Source of the DNA: Actinomycetota bacterium | Lineage (GTDB): Bacteria; Actinomycetota; UBA4738; HRBIN12 | Reading direction: 5' to 3' | Length of the DNA stretch: 60,997 nt | NCBI GenBank assembly: GCA_040511595.1 | Contig: JBEVGU010000101.1 | Location: 1-60,997 of the forward strand | Shown: positions 48,569 to 58,147 of the stretch, in pieces | Layout of the letters: each line of letters starts with the position of its first letter | Numbering within the stretch: the stretch's first letter is position 1 | Notes under the pieces: model-generated | Databases searched by the model: none | What the model was told of the DNA's origin: nothing | Seen by the model: only the letters and a program-made list of their open reading frames with translations | Program-made: the position numbers and the translations under genes

Positions 48569-49572
48569 CCGACGCCGACGCGTCGACCGACAAGAACGTC
48601 GTCACGGCGATCCGCGACGCGTTGCACGACGAGATGGCGGCCGACGACCGGGTGGTCCTGCTCGGGGAAGACGTCGGCAACCGCGGCGGGGTCTTCCGCG
48701 TGAGCGTCGGATGGCTGGAGGAGTTCGGCGAGGAGCGAGTGATCGACACACCGCTCGCGGAGTCGGGCATCGTCGGCGTCGCGATCGGCATGGCGTTCCG
48801 AGGGCTGCGACCGGTGGCCGAGATCCAATTCGCGGACTTCATCCACCCCGCGTTCGACCAGATCGTCTCGGAAGCGGCGCGCATCCGCTACCGGTCGAAC
48901 GGCGCGTTCTCGTGCCCCCTCGTGATCCGAGCTCCGTGCGGAGGCGGCATCCACGGCGCCCTCTACCACTCGCAGTCCATCGAGGCGTTCTACGCTCACG
49001 TGCCCGGGCTGAAGGTCGTGATGCCCTCCACGCCCGCCGATGCGGCAGGCCTACTCAGGACCGCGATCGCCGACCCCGACCCCGTGTTGTTCCTCGAGCA
49101 CAAGAAGACCTATCGGGCGATCACGGGGCCGGTGCCCGACGACGCCCACACGGTGCCGATCGGTCGCGCCGACGTGAAGCGCGCCGGCACCGACCTCACG
49201 TGCATCAGCTACGGCTACTCGTTGCACACGTGTCTGGAAGCCGCCGTGCGGCTGCAGGACGTCGAAGACATCTCGGTCGAGGTCGTCGACGTGCGTTCGC
49301 TGGCCCCGCTCGACGTCGACACGATCCTCGACTCGGTGGGACGGACGACGCGCGCGATGGTGGTCTACGAGGACAACCGGACCTACGGCGCCGGCGCCGA
49401 GATCGCCGCCACGATCGCAGAGCGAGCGATGTACGACCTGGACGCGCCGATCGTGCGCATCGGTGGACCCGACATCCCGGCGATGCCGTTCGCGACCCCG
49501 CTGGAGCACTTCTACATGGAGCCCGAGCCGGACCAGGTGTATCGGCAGATGCTCGACCTCGCCCGCGCCTGA
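48565..49572 (+). CDS. 2-oxoacid dehydrogenase E1 beta subunit, copy 2
   Basis: 3' part of ORF 48286..49572 from GTG 48565 (GTGA overlap). Motifs: VIDTPLAES, PVAEIQFADF. Confidence 0.9.
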   Translation: MTDADASTDKNVVTAIRDALHDEMAADDRVVLLGEDVGNRGGVFRVSVGWLEEFGEERVIDTPLAESGIVGVAIGMAFRGLRPVAEIQFADFIHPAFDQIVSEAARIRYRSNGAFSCPLVIRAPCGGGIHGALYHSQSIEAFYAHVPGLKVVMPSTPADAAGLLRTAIADPDPVLFLEHKKTYRAITGPVPDDAHTVPIGRADVKRAGTDLTCISYGYSLHTCLEAAVRLQDVEDISVEVVDVRSLAPLDVDTILDSVGRTTRAMVVYEDNRTYGAGAEIAATIAERAMYDLDAPIVRIGGPDIPAMPFATPLEHFYMEPEPDQVYRQMLDLARA

Positions 49573-49623
49573 GGGCGGGCCGGTTCAGGCTGCGGGAGAA
49601 CGCGTCGATACCCGCAGACGACG

Positions 49624-52600
49624 GTGGATCCCACACGCATCCGGTCCGGGTCCGATGGAGGACGATCGAAAGGCCGGCGCGAACCCTTGGTCGCGCTCGG
49701 CCGATCGGCGCTTGCCCGGGTGCGGCGCGCCGCGACCGAACGAGCCGCTCGCGCCGAGGCGCACGCGAGGTATCGCGCGATGGTCGAGCAGGTGCCGGCG
49801 GTGGCCTATACCTGGGATCCTTCTCACGAACCGGGCGCCGCCCCCGCCGCCTACATCAGCCCGCAGATCGAACGCCTCCTCGGGTACACCCCGAACCAAT
49901 GGCTCGACGACCCGCAGACGTGGCAGCGGCAGGTGCATCCGGACGATCTCCAGGACGTCTTGGCGGCGTGGGCACGGGCGGTCGGGTCCCGGGAACGCTT
50001 CGTCTCGGAGTACCGCATCCGTCGCGCCGACGGCGTGCCGGTGTGGGTGCGCGACGAGGCGGTTCCCGTGACCAACGACGGCGCCGTCCACTACCGAGGC
50101 GTGATGTACGACGTCACCGCCGAGCGGGAGACGGCTCTGGCCCTGAAGAGCGCCGAGGAACGGTACCGATCCCTCGTGGAGCAGTTGCCCGCGGTCACGT
50201 ACCGCAGCGATGTGCACGTCCACCTCGAGGGAGATCGCGTCGACTACGTCTCCCCTCGGGTGCACGAGCTGGTCGGCTTCACCCCGGAGGAGTGGGCATC
50301 CCCGGGCATGTGGGAGTCCAGGATCCACCCCCAGGACCGCGCGGCCGTGATCGCCGAAGCCCGGCGCACGGATCGGACGGGCGAGCCGTTCGACGTCGAG
50401 TACCGGCTCGTGAGGAAGGACGGCGCGCCGGTGTGGGTGCACGACACCGCGACGGTCGTGGAGCCCGGGGAGGACACCACCGTGTGGCAGGGCGTGATCC
50501 AGGACGTGACGGATCGCAAGGAAGCGGAGGCCCGCCTGCGCGAGGCCGAGGAGCGGTACCGGACGCTCGTGGAGGAGCTGCCGGTCGTGATCTACGTCGA
50601 CGCCATCGACGACATCGTGACCGCGCGCTACCTGAGCCCCCAGTATCGAGAGCTCACCGGATACACGCCCGCCGAGCGGCTTGCCGATCCGGGGCTGTGG
50701 ATGCGCATCGTCCACCCAGACGACCGTGACCGGGTCATCGCGGAATCGAACCGGACGAATCAGAGCGGCGATGCCTACGACGTGGAGCATCGCATCGTTC
50801 GCAAGGACGGACGCATCGTCTGGGTGCAGGACCATGCCGTCCTCGTCACGACCTCCGACGGCGAGCGGGTGTGGCAAGGAGTCCTGACCGACATCACCGA
50901 CCGGAAGCTGGCCGAGGAAGCGCTCGGCAGCCGCGACCGCATCCTCGAGGCAGCCGGGTACGCGGCGGAGCGATTCCTGCGAGCTCCCGGCTGGAGGGAT
51001 TGCATCGACGACGTGCTGTGCCGGCTCGGGCACGTGGCCTCTGCCACCAGGGCGGGCCTGTTCGAGAACCTCGAACGGCCCGACGGCCTGCACGTCGCGC
51101 TGCAGCACGCATGGCTCGCCGATGATGCCCCGGAGGAGCTCGACCGGCCGCCGTCCCATCCCTACCCGTACGCGAACGGGCACGCCAGATGGACCGAGGT
51201 GCTCGGGGAAGGGGGTGTGATCCACGGCCCCGTGTCGCGACTGCCGGCACCCGAACGCGCCTCCATGGAGGCCGCCGGCATCCGATCGGTCACCGTCGTG
51301 CCCGTGCACGTCGCCGGTTCCTGGTGGGGCTACATCGCCTTCGACGACTGCGCTGCCGAACGCGAGTGGCAACCGGCGGAGATCGATTCGATCCGCGTGG
51401 TCGCCAACACCCTCGGCGCGGCGATCGACCGCGAGCGTAACGCGCGGCGCCTGACCGATGCCGAACAGCGGTACCGAGCGATCGTGGAGCACGTACCGGC
51501 CGCGATCTACCTGGACATCGCCGATCGGTCGATGCGTTCCGTGTACGTGAGCCCGCAGATCGAGGAGATCACCGGCATCCCGCCCAAGGAATGGATGGAC
51601 GAGCCCGACGCGTGGCTGAAGGCGATACCGGCGGAGGACCGCGACGAGATCGAGCGCACATACCTGGATGCCGTTGCCCGAAGCCTGCCATGGAAGGCGG
51701 AGTATCGGGTCGTCACGCGCGACGGCCGCACGATCTGGGTGCACGACGAGACCACCTTCATCGTCGGCGAGGATGGCGAGCCCTCCTTCCTCCAAGGGGT
51801 GCTGATGGACATCACCGAGCGCAAGCTCGCCGAGCAGGCCCTGCGTGAATCGGAGCGTCGGGAACGGGACGCCGCCGAACGTCTGCGGATGCTCGACGAG
51901 ATGAAGAACACGTTCCTCGCGGCGGTCTCCCACGAGCTCCGCAGCCCGCTGACGTCGATCCTCGGGCTCTCGCTGACCTTGGAACGCGTGCCTAACATGC
52001 CCGAGACCGATCGGAGCGACCTCACCGAACGGTTGGCGTTGAACGCCAGGAAGCTCGATCGGCTGCTGAAGGATCTCCTCGACATCGACCGCCTGAACCG
52101 GGGCATCGTGGAACCGCAGTACCGGACCGTCGACGTGGCGACCCTCGTCCGGAGTACCGTCGAGACCCTCGACGCGCTCACGGACCGCGAGGTCACGCTC
52201 GACCTCGAGCCGGCCGTGCTCTCGGCGGACCCACCGAAGCTGGAGCGCATCGTCGAGAACCTCGTGACGAACGCCGCGCGACACACCCCGCCCGGGTCAT
52301 GCATCTGGGTGAGGGTCGCGCCCGCCGACGAGGGGGCCACCGTCATCGTCGACGACGACGGGCCCGGCGTGCCTGCTGCCATGCAGGAGGCGATCTTCGA
52401 ACCGTTCCGGCAGGGCTCGACCGCGTCCTCGCATGCGCCCGGCACCGGCATCGGCCTCTCGCTCGTGGCCAGGTTCGCGGAGTTGCACGGCGGACGCGCG
52501 TGGGTCGAGGATCGGGAGGGAGGAGGCGCTTCGTTCCGCGTCTTCATCCCGGCCGGTCCCCAGGTCGAGCGCCGGATCGCGCCGGGGGCGCCTCCCGCGC

Positions 52601-52638
52601 CGGATGCGTCGGCGGCGCCTGCCGATATCGGCCGCTAG
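49624..52638 (+). CDS. Cytoplasmic multi-PAS/GAF sensor histidine kinase
   Basis: ORF 49624..52638; the exact start is uncertain. Four PAS/PAC modules are each introduced by (E/A)(E/Q/R)RYR-x-(L/I/M)VE-x-(L/V)P. A GAF-like segment, H-box VSHELRSPLTS and an HATPase follow. No TM segment. Confidence 0.8.
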   Translation: MDPTRIRSGSDGGRSKGRREPLVALGRSALARVRRAATERAARAEAHARYRAMVEQVPAVAYTWDPSHEPGAAPAAYISPQIERLLGYTPNQWLDDPQTWQRQVHPDDLQDVLAAWARAVGSRERFVSEYRIRRADGVPVWVRDEAVPVTNDGAVHYRGVMYDVTAERETALALKSAEERYRSLVEQLPAVTYRSDVHVHLEGDRVDYVSPRVHELVGFTPEEWASPGMWESRIHPQDRAAVIAEARRTDRTGEPFDVEYRLVRKDGAPVWVHDTATVVEPGEDTTVWQGVIQDVTDRKEAEARLREAEERYRTLVEELPVVIYVDAIDDIVTARYLSPQYRELTGYTPAERLADPGLWMRIVHPDDRDRVIAESNRTNQSGDAYDVEHRIVRKDGRIVWVQDHAVLVTTSDGERVWQGVLTDITDRKLAEEALGSRDRILEAAGYAAERFLRAPGWRDCIDDVLCRLGHVASATRAGLFENLERPDGLHVALQHAWLADDAPEELDRPPSHPYPYANGHARWTEVLGEGGVIHGPVSRLPAPERASMEAAGIRSVTVVPVHVAGSWWGYIAFDDCAAEREWQPAEIDSIRVVANTLGAAIDRERNARRLTDAEQRYRAIVEHVPAAIYLDIADRSMRSVYVSPQIEEITGIPPKEWMDEPDAWLKAIPAEDRDEIERTYLDAVARSLPWKAEYRVVTRDGRTIWVHDETTFIVGEDGEPSFLQGVLMDITERKLAEQALRESERRERDAAERLRMLDEMKNTFLAAVSHELRSPLTSILGLSLTLERVPNMPETDRSDLTERLALNARKLDRLLKDLLDIDRLNRGIVEPQYRTVDVATLVRSTVETLDALTDREVTLDLEPAVLSADPPKLERIVENLVTNAARHTPPGSCIWVRVAPADEGATVIVDDDGPGVPAAMQEAIFEPFRQGSTASSHAPGTGIGLSLVARFAELHGGRAWVEDREGGGASFRVFIPAGPQVERRIAPGAPPAPDASAAPADIGR

Positions 52639-53954
52639 TCAGCCGCCGTCGGATCGTCGTCGTCGTCCGCGAAGCGCTTGCGCATGGTTGCGACCAGCCC
52701 TTCGCCGCGTTGCCGGTCTTGCCGGCGGCGTTCCAGATCCTGCTTCGCCTCGCCCGGGTCGATCTCTCGGGTAAGGTCGGCGTCGATCACATCGTGTCGC
52801 TCGAGGGCGCTCGAGACCACGGCCTGCACGATGGCGGCCACTGGCAGCGCGATGAACGCGCCCACCAGCCCGGCGATGCTCGCGCCGGCGATCGCGCACC
52901 CGAACGCGACCGCCGGATGGAGTTCCATCGTCTTGGCGGTGATGCGAGGGCTGAGCACGTAGTTCTCGACCTGTTGGTAGGCCGTGAAGAAGACGAGCAG
53001 GACCACCGCCTTGATGGGGCTCTCCACCACCGCCACCAGCAGCGGCAACGCCATCGCGATGTACGTGCCGACCGTGGGGATGAACTGCGAGACCAGACCC
53101 ATCCACAGCGCCAGCGGCACCGCGAACGGGACGCCGAGCGCCGTGAGCACGGCGAAGGTGATGATGCCCGACACCATCGCCAACAGCAGGCGTGAGTACA
53201 GGTATGCGCCGGTCTTCTCGATCGCGACCTCCCACGTCCACAGCACCCGCCCCTGTCGGTCGGGCGGCAGCAACGACAGCACCGACCGGCGGAACCGGGG
53301 CCCGTCCGCCGTCAGGTAGAAGGTGAACAGCCCGACCGTGAGGAGCATGAAGATCGCGCCCAACAGCGAGGATGCGAAGCCGAAGACGTTGCCGGCGATG
53401 TTCGTCGCGAAGCCGGCGAGACCGGAGTCCGCGCTCCGCAGCTGATCCTCGATCGTGCGCTGCGACACCTCGACGCCGAACCAGGCCTCGGTGGTGCGGC
53501 TGAGCGACGCGAGGATGCTCGGAGCCGCCTCGATCAGCTCCCGGAGCTGGTCCACGACGAGTGGGATCATCAGCGCGACCATCACGATCGAGAAGATGGC
53601 CACACCCAACAGGATCGCTCCCGTGGCCAGGCCGCGCCTCCATCCACGACGCGCGAGCCAGTCCACAGCGGGCTCGAGGGCGAATGACGCGAACAGGACC
53701 ATCAGCACCCACGTGAACAGGGTCGTGAGCTGCCGGAGGAGCGTCGTGGCGGCCGACGCGACGAGCCACGCCGCGAAGATCACCGCGAGCAGCGTGATGA
53801 TCCAGCGCCACGACGGCGGCTGGATCCACACCGGCATCGGCCGACGCTCGTGCGGGGGCGGGCCGGAGCCGACGTCCGACGGAGCTCTCGATCCTGGGTC
53901 CGACGGGACTCGCGATCCTGCGTCTGTCGGCGCGTTCGGTCCTGGCTCGCTCAT
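52635..53954 (-). CDS. AI-2E family transporter (PerM/UPF0118)
   Basis: ORF 52635..54650 trimmed to ATG 53954 (GGAAGGAGG SD). Multiple TM segments and the motif AYQQVENYVLSPRI. Confidence 0.85.
   Translation of the reverse strand: MSEPGPNAPTDAGSRVPSDPGSRAPSDVGSGPPPHERRPMPVWIQPPSWRWIITLLAVIFAAWLVASAATTLLRQLTTLFTWVLMVLFASFALEPAVDWLARRGWRRGLATGAILLGVAIFSIVMVALMIPLVVDQLRELIEAAPSILASLSRTTEAWFGVEVSQRTIEDQLRSADSGLAGFATNIAGNVFGFASSLLGAIFMLLTVGLFTFYLTADGPRFRRSVLSLLPPDRQGRVLWTWEVAIEKTGAYLYSRLLLAMVSGIITFAVLTALGVPFAVPLALWMGLVSQFIPTVGTYIAMALPLLVAVVESPIKAVVLLVFFTAYQQVENYVLSPRITAKTMELHPAVAFGCAIAGASIAGLVGAFIALPVAAIVQAVVSSALERHDVIDADLTREIDPGEAKQDLERRRQDRQRGEGLVATMRKRFADDDDDPTAAD
53874..53945. repeat. Three in-frame 24-nt tandem units (third degenerate) encoding xGSRxPSD repeats in the N-terminal tail of the AI-2E transporter
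   Basis: Plus-strand units start at 53874, 53898 and 53922. The protein reads PTD-AGSRVPSD-PGSRAPSD-VGSGPP. Confidence 0.6.
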
Positions 53955-54071
53955 CCCCCTCCTTCCGGTGCCCACCCGCTTCCGAGTGGACCTGTCGCGG
54001 AGGATACCCCCCGACTCCGTCACCCAAAGCATCGCGCCAGGGGCGATCGCGGCTGAACATAGCGTGCCAAC

Positions 54072-54077
54072 TAGACT
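54072..54077 (+). promoter_or_regulatory. -10 hexamer TAGACT, 6 nt upstream of lipA ATG 54084 (leaderless-type)
   Basis: TAGACT-GCATCC-ATG, no SD. Confidence 0.45.
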
Positions 54078-54083
54078 GCATCC

Positions 54084-55058
54084 ATGCACCAGCGTGACCA
54101 CAACCCACGCGACCGCCGCCTGCACCTGCCGATCGTGTCGGTCTCGACGGGAGCCGACGTCGGCGTGAACGCCCGTGGAGAGCGGAAGCCGCCATGGCTC
54201 AAGGTGCGACTCCGCAACGGCTCGAACGCGAAGGAGCTCAAGGACCTGATGCGCGGCCTCGACCTGCACACGGTCTGCGAAGAGGCGATGTGCCCGAACA
54301 TCCACGAGTGCTGGGAGGACCGCGAAGCGACGTTCCTGATCCTCGGGGACCGATGCACTCGCCGGTGCGGCTTCTGCGACGTGATGACGGCGAAGCCCGA
54401 CGATGTCGATGCGGACGAGCCCGCCCGCATCGCCGAAGCGGTCGAGCGGATGGGTCTGCGGTTCGTCGTGCTGACCGGGGTCGCCCGCGACGATCTGGCG
54501 GACGGCGGCGCAGCGATCTGGGCGGAGACCGTGCATCGCGTGAAGCGGGCTCTTCCCGACGTCGGGGTCGAGGTGCTGCCGAGCGACTTCAAGGGAGGGG
54601 AACGAGACATCGCGACGGTGCTCGAGGCCGAGCCGGACGTCTTCGCCCACAACCTCGAGACCGTTCGCCGGCTACACGGCCGCATCCGACCTGCGTTCGG
54701 GTACGACCGCTCGCTCGATGTGCTGCGGATCGCGAAGCGGGTGCGATCCGGCCAGATCACGAAGTCGAACCTGATCCTCGGCATGGGCGAGCGCGCGGAC
54801 GAGGTGGCCGGCGCGATGCGCGACCTCGCCGAGGCCGGGTGCGACATCCTCACCATGGGCCAATACCTGCAGCCGACGCCCCGACACCTCCCGGTCGACC
54901 GCTGGGTGCACCCCGACGAGTTCGCCGCCCACGCCCGGGAGGGCGAGGCGATGGGCATCGCGCACGTCGAGGCGGGACCCCTCGTGCGCTCGAGCTATCA
55001 CGCGGGCACGCAGTACCAGCGAGCGCTCGATCGCGGGCTCGTCTCCTCGCGCGACTGA
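54084..55058 (+). CDS. lipA: Lipoyl synthase (radical SAM)
   Basis: ORF 54084..55058. Motifs: [12 protein letters not shown] and CTRRCGFC clusters, C-terminal RSSY. Confidence 0.95.
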   Translation: MHQRDHNPRDRRLHLPIVSVSTGADVGVNARGERKPPWLKVRLRNGSNAKELKDLMRGLDLHTVCEEAMCPNIHECWEDREATFLILGDRCTRRCGFCDVMTAKPDDVDADEPARIAEAVERMGLRFVVLTGVARDDLADGGAAIWAETVHRVKRALPDVGVEVLPSDFKGGERDIATVLEAEPDVFAHNLETVRRLHGRIRPAFGYDRSLDVLRIAKRVRSGQITKSNLILGMGERADEVAGAMRDLAEAGCDILTMGQYLQPTPRHLPVDRWVHPDEFAAHAREGEAMGIAHVEAGPLVRSSYHAGTQYQRALDRGLVSSRD

Positions 55059-55062
55059 CCGC

Positions 55063-55638
55063 TCACTCCGGAACGGGTCGACCCGCCCGAACCGCCACCC
55101 GCAACGCTCCGAACCGCTCCCCGAGGTCGTCGAGCTGGTGATGCGCGTTCAACCCGCTCGGGTTGGGCAACACCCAGATGAGCGAGGGCCCGAGCCTCCT
55201 CACCTGAGGTCCCGGCGCGGCGCGCGACTCCCGGAACGCCGTGCGGTAGGCGCCGATGCCGAGGATCGCCACCGCCGACGGTACATGCTTCCCGGCGACG
55301 TCGGCGAGGCGTCCGGCGCCCCCGCGCAACTCGTCGGCGTCGAGCTCGGCCGCACCGGCGGAGGCTCGAGCCACGAGGTTCGTGATCCCGCAGCCGTACC
55401 GTAGGAGCTCGCGGTCCTCCTCGGGGTCGAGGACCCGATCGGTGAACCCGCCGAGGTGCAACGCCTTCCAGAACCTGTTGCCGGGGCGCGCGAAGTGATG
55501 ACCGACCGCGCCCGAGTACAGCCCGGGGTTGATGCCGCAGAAGATCACGTCGAGGTTCGGTCCGAGCACGCCGGGGACCGTGCGGCCCGACGCCGCAGCG
55601 ACCCGGTCGCGGCTCGGTCGATCCGTACGTTGACCCAT
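55063..55638 (-). CDS. mug: G/U mismatch-specific uracil-DNA glycosylase (Mug/TDG, UDG family 2)
   Basis: ORF 55063..55638. Motifs: FCGINPGLYS and VLPNPSGLN. Confidence 0.85.
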   Translation of the reverse strand: MGQRTDRPSRDRVAAASGRTVPGVLGPNLDVIFCGINPGLYSGAVGHHFARPGNRFWKALHLGGFTDRVLDPEEDRELLRYGCGITNLVARASAGAAELDADELRGGAGRLADVAGKHVPSAVAILGIGAYRTAFRESRAAPGPQVRRLGPSLIWVLPNPSGLNAHHQLDDLGERFGALRVAVRAGRPVPE

Positions 55639-55656
55639 GCCACTAGCATCGCAGGG

Positions 55657-56054
<398 letters not shown>

Positions 56055-56060
56055 CTGCCG

Positions 56061-56066
56061 AGGATA
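56061..56066 (-). promoter_or_regulatory. -10 hexamer TATCCT, 7 nt upstream of the predicted rnpB 5' end
   Basis: The minus strand reads GGGTATCCT-CGGCAGT-GGAGGAGC. Confidence 0.4.
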
Positions 56067-56076
56067 CCCGTGGCCG

Positions 56077-56082
56077 TAGACT
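56077..56082 (+). promoter_or_regulatory. -10 hexamer TAGACT, 12 nt upstream of ATG 56095
   Basis: TAGACT-CCGGACACGGTC-ATG. It sits back-to-back with the rnpB -10 box. Confidence 0.3.
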
Positions 56083-56094
56083 CCGGACACGGTC

Positions 56095-56964
56095 ATGCGG
56101 CGTCGCATCGTTCTCCTCGTGCTCCTCGGCACCCTCGCCGCCTCGTGCTCGCCCGCGTCATCGGAGGGGCCGGCCAGACCCGCGGGACTCGACGAACTCG
56201 GAGGGTCGCCCGCGATCCTCCAGGCCCAGGTTCGAGCCGCCACGCTGCGCTTCGTCGAGGCATACCGGGACGCGGTGCTCGGAGGGGACGACCTCGGGGC
56301 GGTCACCGGGAACGCCCTACTCCGCCGATGGGCGTTCTGGGTCGGCGTCACGAACCGGGCGTTCCCTGGAGAGATCACCGCGACCACGACGATCGGGGGC
56401 ATCGGCCCCGCGGCGCTCGTGTCGACCGAGGGGCCGTTGCTCGAGGTCCAGCTCGCCGCACAGATCGATGTGGTCGCCCAGCCCGCCGACGGGGAACCGC
56501 TGGAGTTCTCGGTGCCCATGGACGGCCCCGTCCGCCTCGTTGCGGAGGACGAAGGCACCTGGCGCGTGACCGATTTCGTCCGGTTCGGCGTTCCGGTGAG
56601 TTCGGCGTTCCTCCGACTGGATCGCCGGTACGAGCGACCTGGCGTGACGATCGAGCTCGATGCCTTCGGCGCCGTCCCGAACTGGAGCTTCTTCCTCCGC
56701 GTCTCGGCGCCGGGCGACGCACCCGTGACGCTCGCGGAAGGCGACGCCACGTTGGTGGCTCGCGACGGCACGGCTGTCGGCGAGGCGATCGAGGTCTCCC
56801 CTCCCTTGCTCCGTGTCGAGGCCCGGCAGCGCGTCGACGGTGCGATCACGTTCCAACCGCTCGGCGAGGTCCGCGGGGTCTCGCTCCGCATCGACCTCGG
56901 AGGCTCGCCGAACCCGGCTCCGCTCGAGATCCCCCTGAGCTCGGTGGTGGCATCCGAGGGCTAG
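56095..56964 (+). CDS. Probable lipoprotein (hypothetical)
   Basis: ORF 56095..56964. N-terminus MRRRIVLLVLLGTLAASCSPASS (signal plus lipobox-like LAASC). No family recognised. Confidence 0.6.
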   Translation: MRRRIVLLVLLGTLAASCSPASSEGPARPAGLDELGGSPAILQAQVRAATLRFVEAYRDAVLGGDDLGAVTGNALLRRWAFWVGVTNRAFPGEITATTTIGGIGPAALVSTEGPLLEVQLAAQIDVVAQPADGEPLEFSVPMDGPVRLVAEDEGTWRVTDFVRFGVPVSSAFLRLDRRYERPGVTIELDAFGAVPNWSFFLRVSAPGDAPVTLAEGDATLVARDGTAVGEAIEVSPPLLRVEARQRVDGAITFQPLGEVRGVSLRIDLGGSPNPAPLEIPLSSVVASEG

Positions 56965-56996
56965 GGATCCGGGGGCTGGAGATCCGAGGGCTACGC
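56952..56996. repeat. 3 x 15-nt imperfect tandem repeat (ATCCGRGGGCTRSVS) spanning two convergent stop codons
   Basis: Units: ATCCGAGGGCTAGGG, ATCCGGGGGCTGGAG, ATCCGAGGGCTACGC. Unit 1 carries the TAG of the lipoprotein gene. Unit 3 carries the CTA (TAG) of the RNase H gene. Confidence 0.7.
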
Positions 56997-57401
56997 GTCG
57001 GGACCTGCGAGCCAGGCCTCCACGCCGGCGTTCGCGAGGCGGTCGGCCTCGACGTTGCGTTCGCGACGGACGTGCTCGAACTCGATCGAAACGAAGCTCG
57101 CGGCCAGCTCGCGGACCCGCTGATGCAGCGGCAGGAGGTTCGGTGACTTCACCCGGTAGCGGCCGTTGAGCTGATTGATCAACAACTGCGAGTCCGAGCG
57201 CAGCAACACGTCGGTGGCGCCGAGCTCCCGCGCGCGCTCGAGCCCTCGGATCACGGCCGTGTACTCGGCCACGTTGTTCGTGGCCTCGCCCAACCCCTCC
57301 GCGATCTCGGCCAGCACGATGCCGTCGTCATCGGTGATCTGTGCACCGGCCCCCGCCGGGCCCGGGTTCCCGCGCGACGCGCCGTCGCAGGAGACGATCA
57401 C
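56991..57401 (-). CDS. Ribonuclease HI-type (RNase H type 1) protein
   Basis: ORF 56991..57401 with a GTG start overlapping the upstream stop (GTGA). Motifs: CDGASRGNPGPAG, NNVAEYTA, RNVEADRLAN. Confidence 0.85.
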   Translation of the reverse strand: MIVSCDGASRGNPGPAGAGAQITDDDGIVLAEIAEGLGEATNNVAEYTAVIRGLERARELGATDVLLRSDSQLLINQLNGRYRVKSPNLLPLHQRVRELAASFVSIEFEHVRRERNVEADRLANAGVEAWLAGPDA

Positions 57402-58102
57402 ACGACCAGGATGCGTCGGCAGTGCTCACACCTCCGCACGCCGTCGCTTCGCTTCAGCTTGTCGAGCTGCACCGCGGAGAGCTGTTCGTGGCACGCCTGA
57501 CACACGCCGTCGACCAACGCGGCCGCACCCACACCCTTCTTCTGCCGGCGCAGATCGTCGTAGAGCTCGAGCACGTCGGGCTCGATCGTCGGCGCGATCG
57601 CCTCCCGTTCTCGGATGCGGTCGGCGAGCTCCACCTCGACCCGGGAGAGCTCCTCCCGAGCGGCCTCGGCGACCTCCTCCACGGCGGCCCGTACGGACGA
57701 CGATGCTCGCTCGGCCTCGCTGGCCTCGGCTTCGAGCCGTTCGCGGATCTCGAGCAACGCGAGGAGCTCGTCCTCGCGGTCGGATCGGCGCGAGCGCACG
57801 CTCGCGATCTCATGTTGCAGGGCTTCGAGTTCCTTGGCGTTGACGATCGACCCGTCGTACATGCGGGCCTGCTCGGCCGTCTCCTTCTCGGTCATCGACT
57901 CGATCTCGTGCTCGAAGCGCCGCTGGTCACGGCCGAGCTCGTCGAGCCGCAGTCGCAGCTCTCCCAGACGCGACTCGGCCACGTCGGCCTCGGCCCTTGC
58001 TGCGAGGACCTCGGAGCCCTGCTCGAGCGCGCTCCGACGCCCGCGGAGCCGGTCGATCGCCGTGTCTGCCTCCTGGAGCGCAAGCAGTGGCGGCGTCGTC
58101 AT
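57398..58102 (-). CDS. Coiled-coil protein with C-terminal C4 zinc ribbon (DUF164 family)
   Basis: ORF 57398..58102. Long Glu/Arg/Leu-rich coiled coil followed by CQACHEQL ... CEHCRRIL. Confidence 0.8.
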   Translation of the reverse strand: MTTPPLLALQEADTAIDRLRGRRSALEQGSEVLAARAEADVAESRLGELRLRLDELGRDQRRFEHEIESMTEKETAEQARMYDGSIVNAKELEALQHEIASVRSRRSDREDELLALLEIRERLEAEASEAERASSSVRAAVEEVAEAAREELSRVEVELADRIREREAIAPTIEPDVLELYDDLRRQKKGVGAAALVDGVCQACHEQLSAVQLDKLKRSDGVRRCEHCRRILVV

Positions 58103-58147
58103 GGCAGGCGAAGCCTAGCCGATGACGACCTCGCGCCGCGCTGCGCG

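Noticed and set aside
49561-49617. Hairpins GCCCGC/GCGGGC and CTGCGGG-N14-CCCGCAG after the second E1 beta gene, considered as an intrinsic terminator
   Set aside because: There is no U-tract and the loop is long. I found no convincing intrinsic terminator at this or any other convergent junction, so none is reported.
49585-52284. 899-aa ORF on the minus strand
   Set aside because: It is antisense to the multi-PAS kinase. Same compositional artefact, and no conserved motifs.
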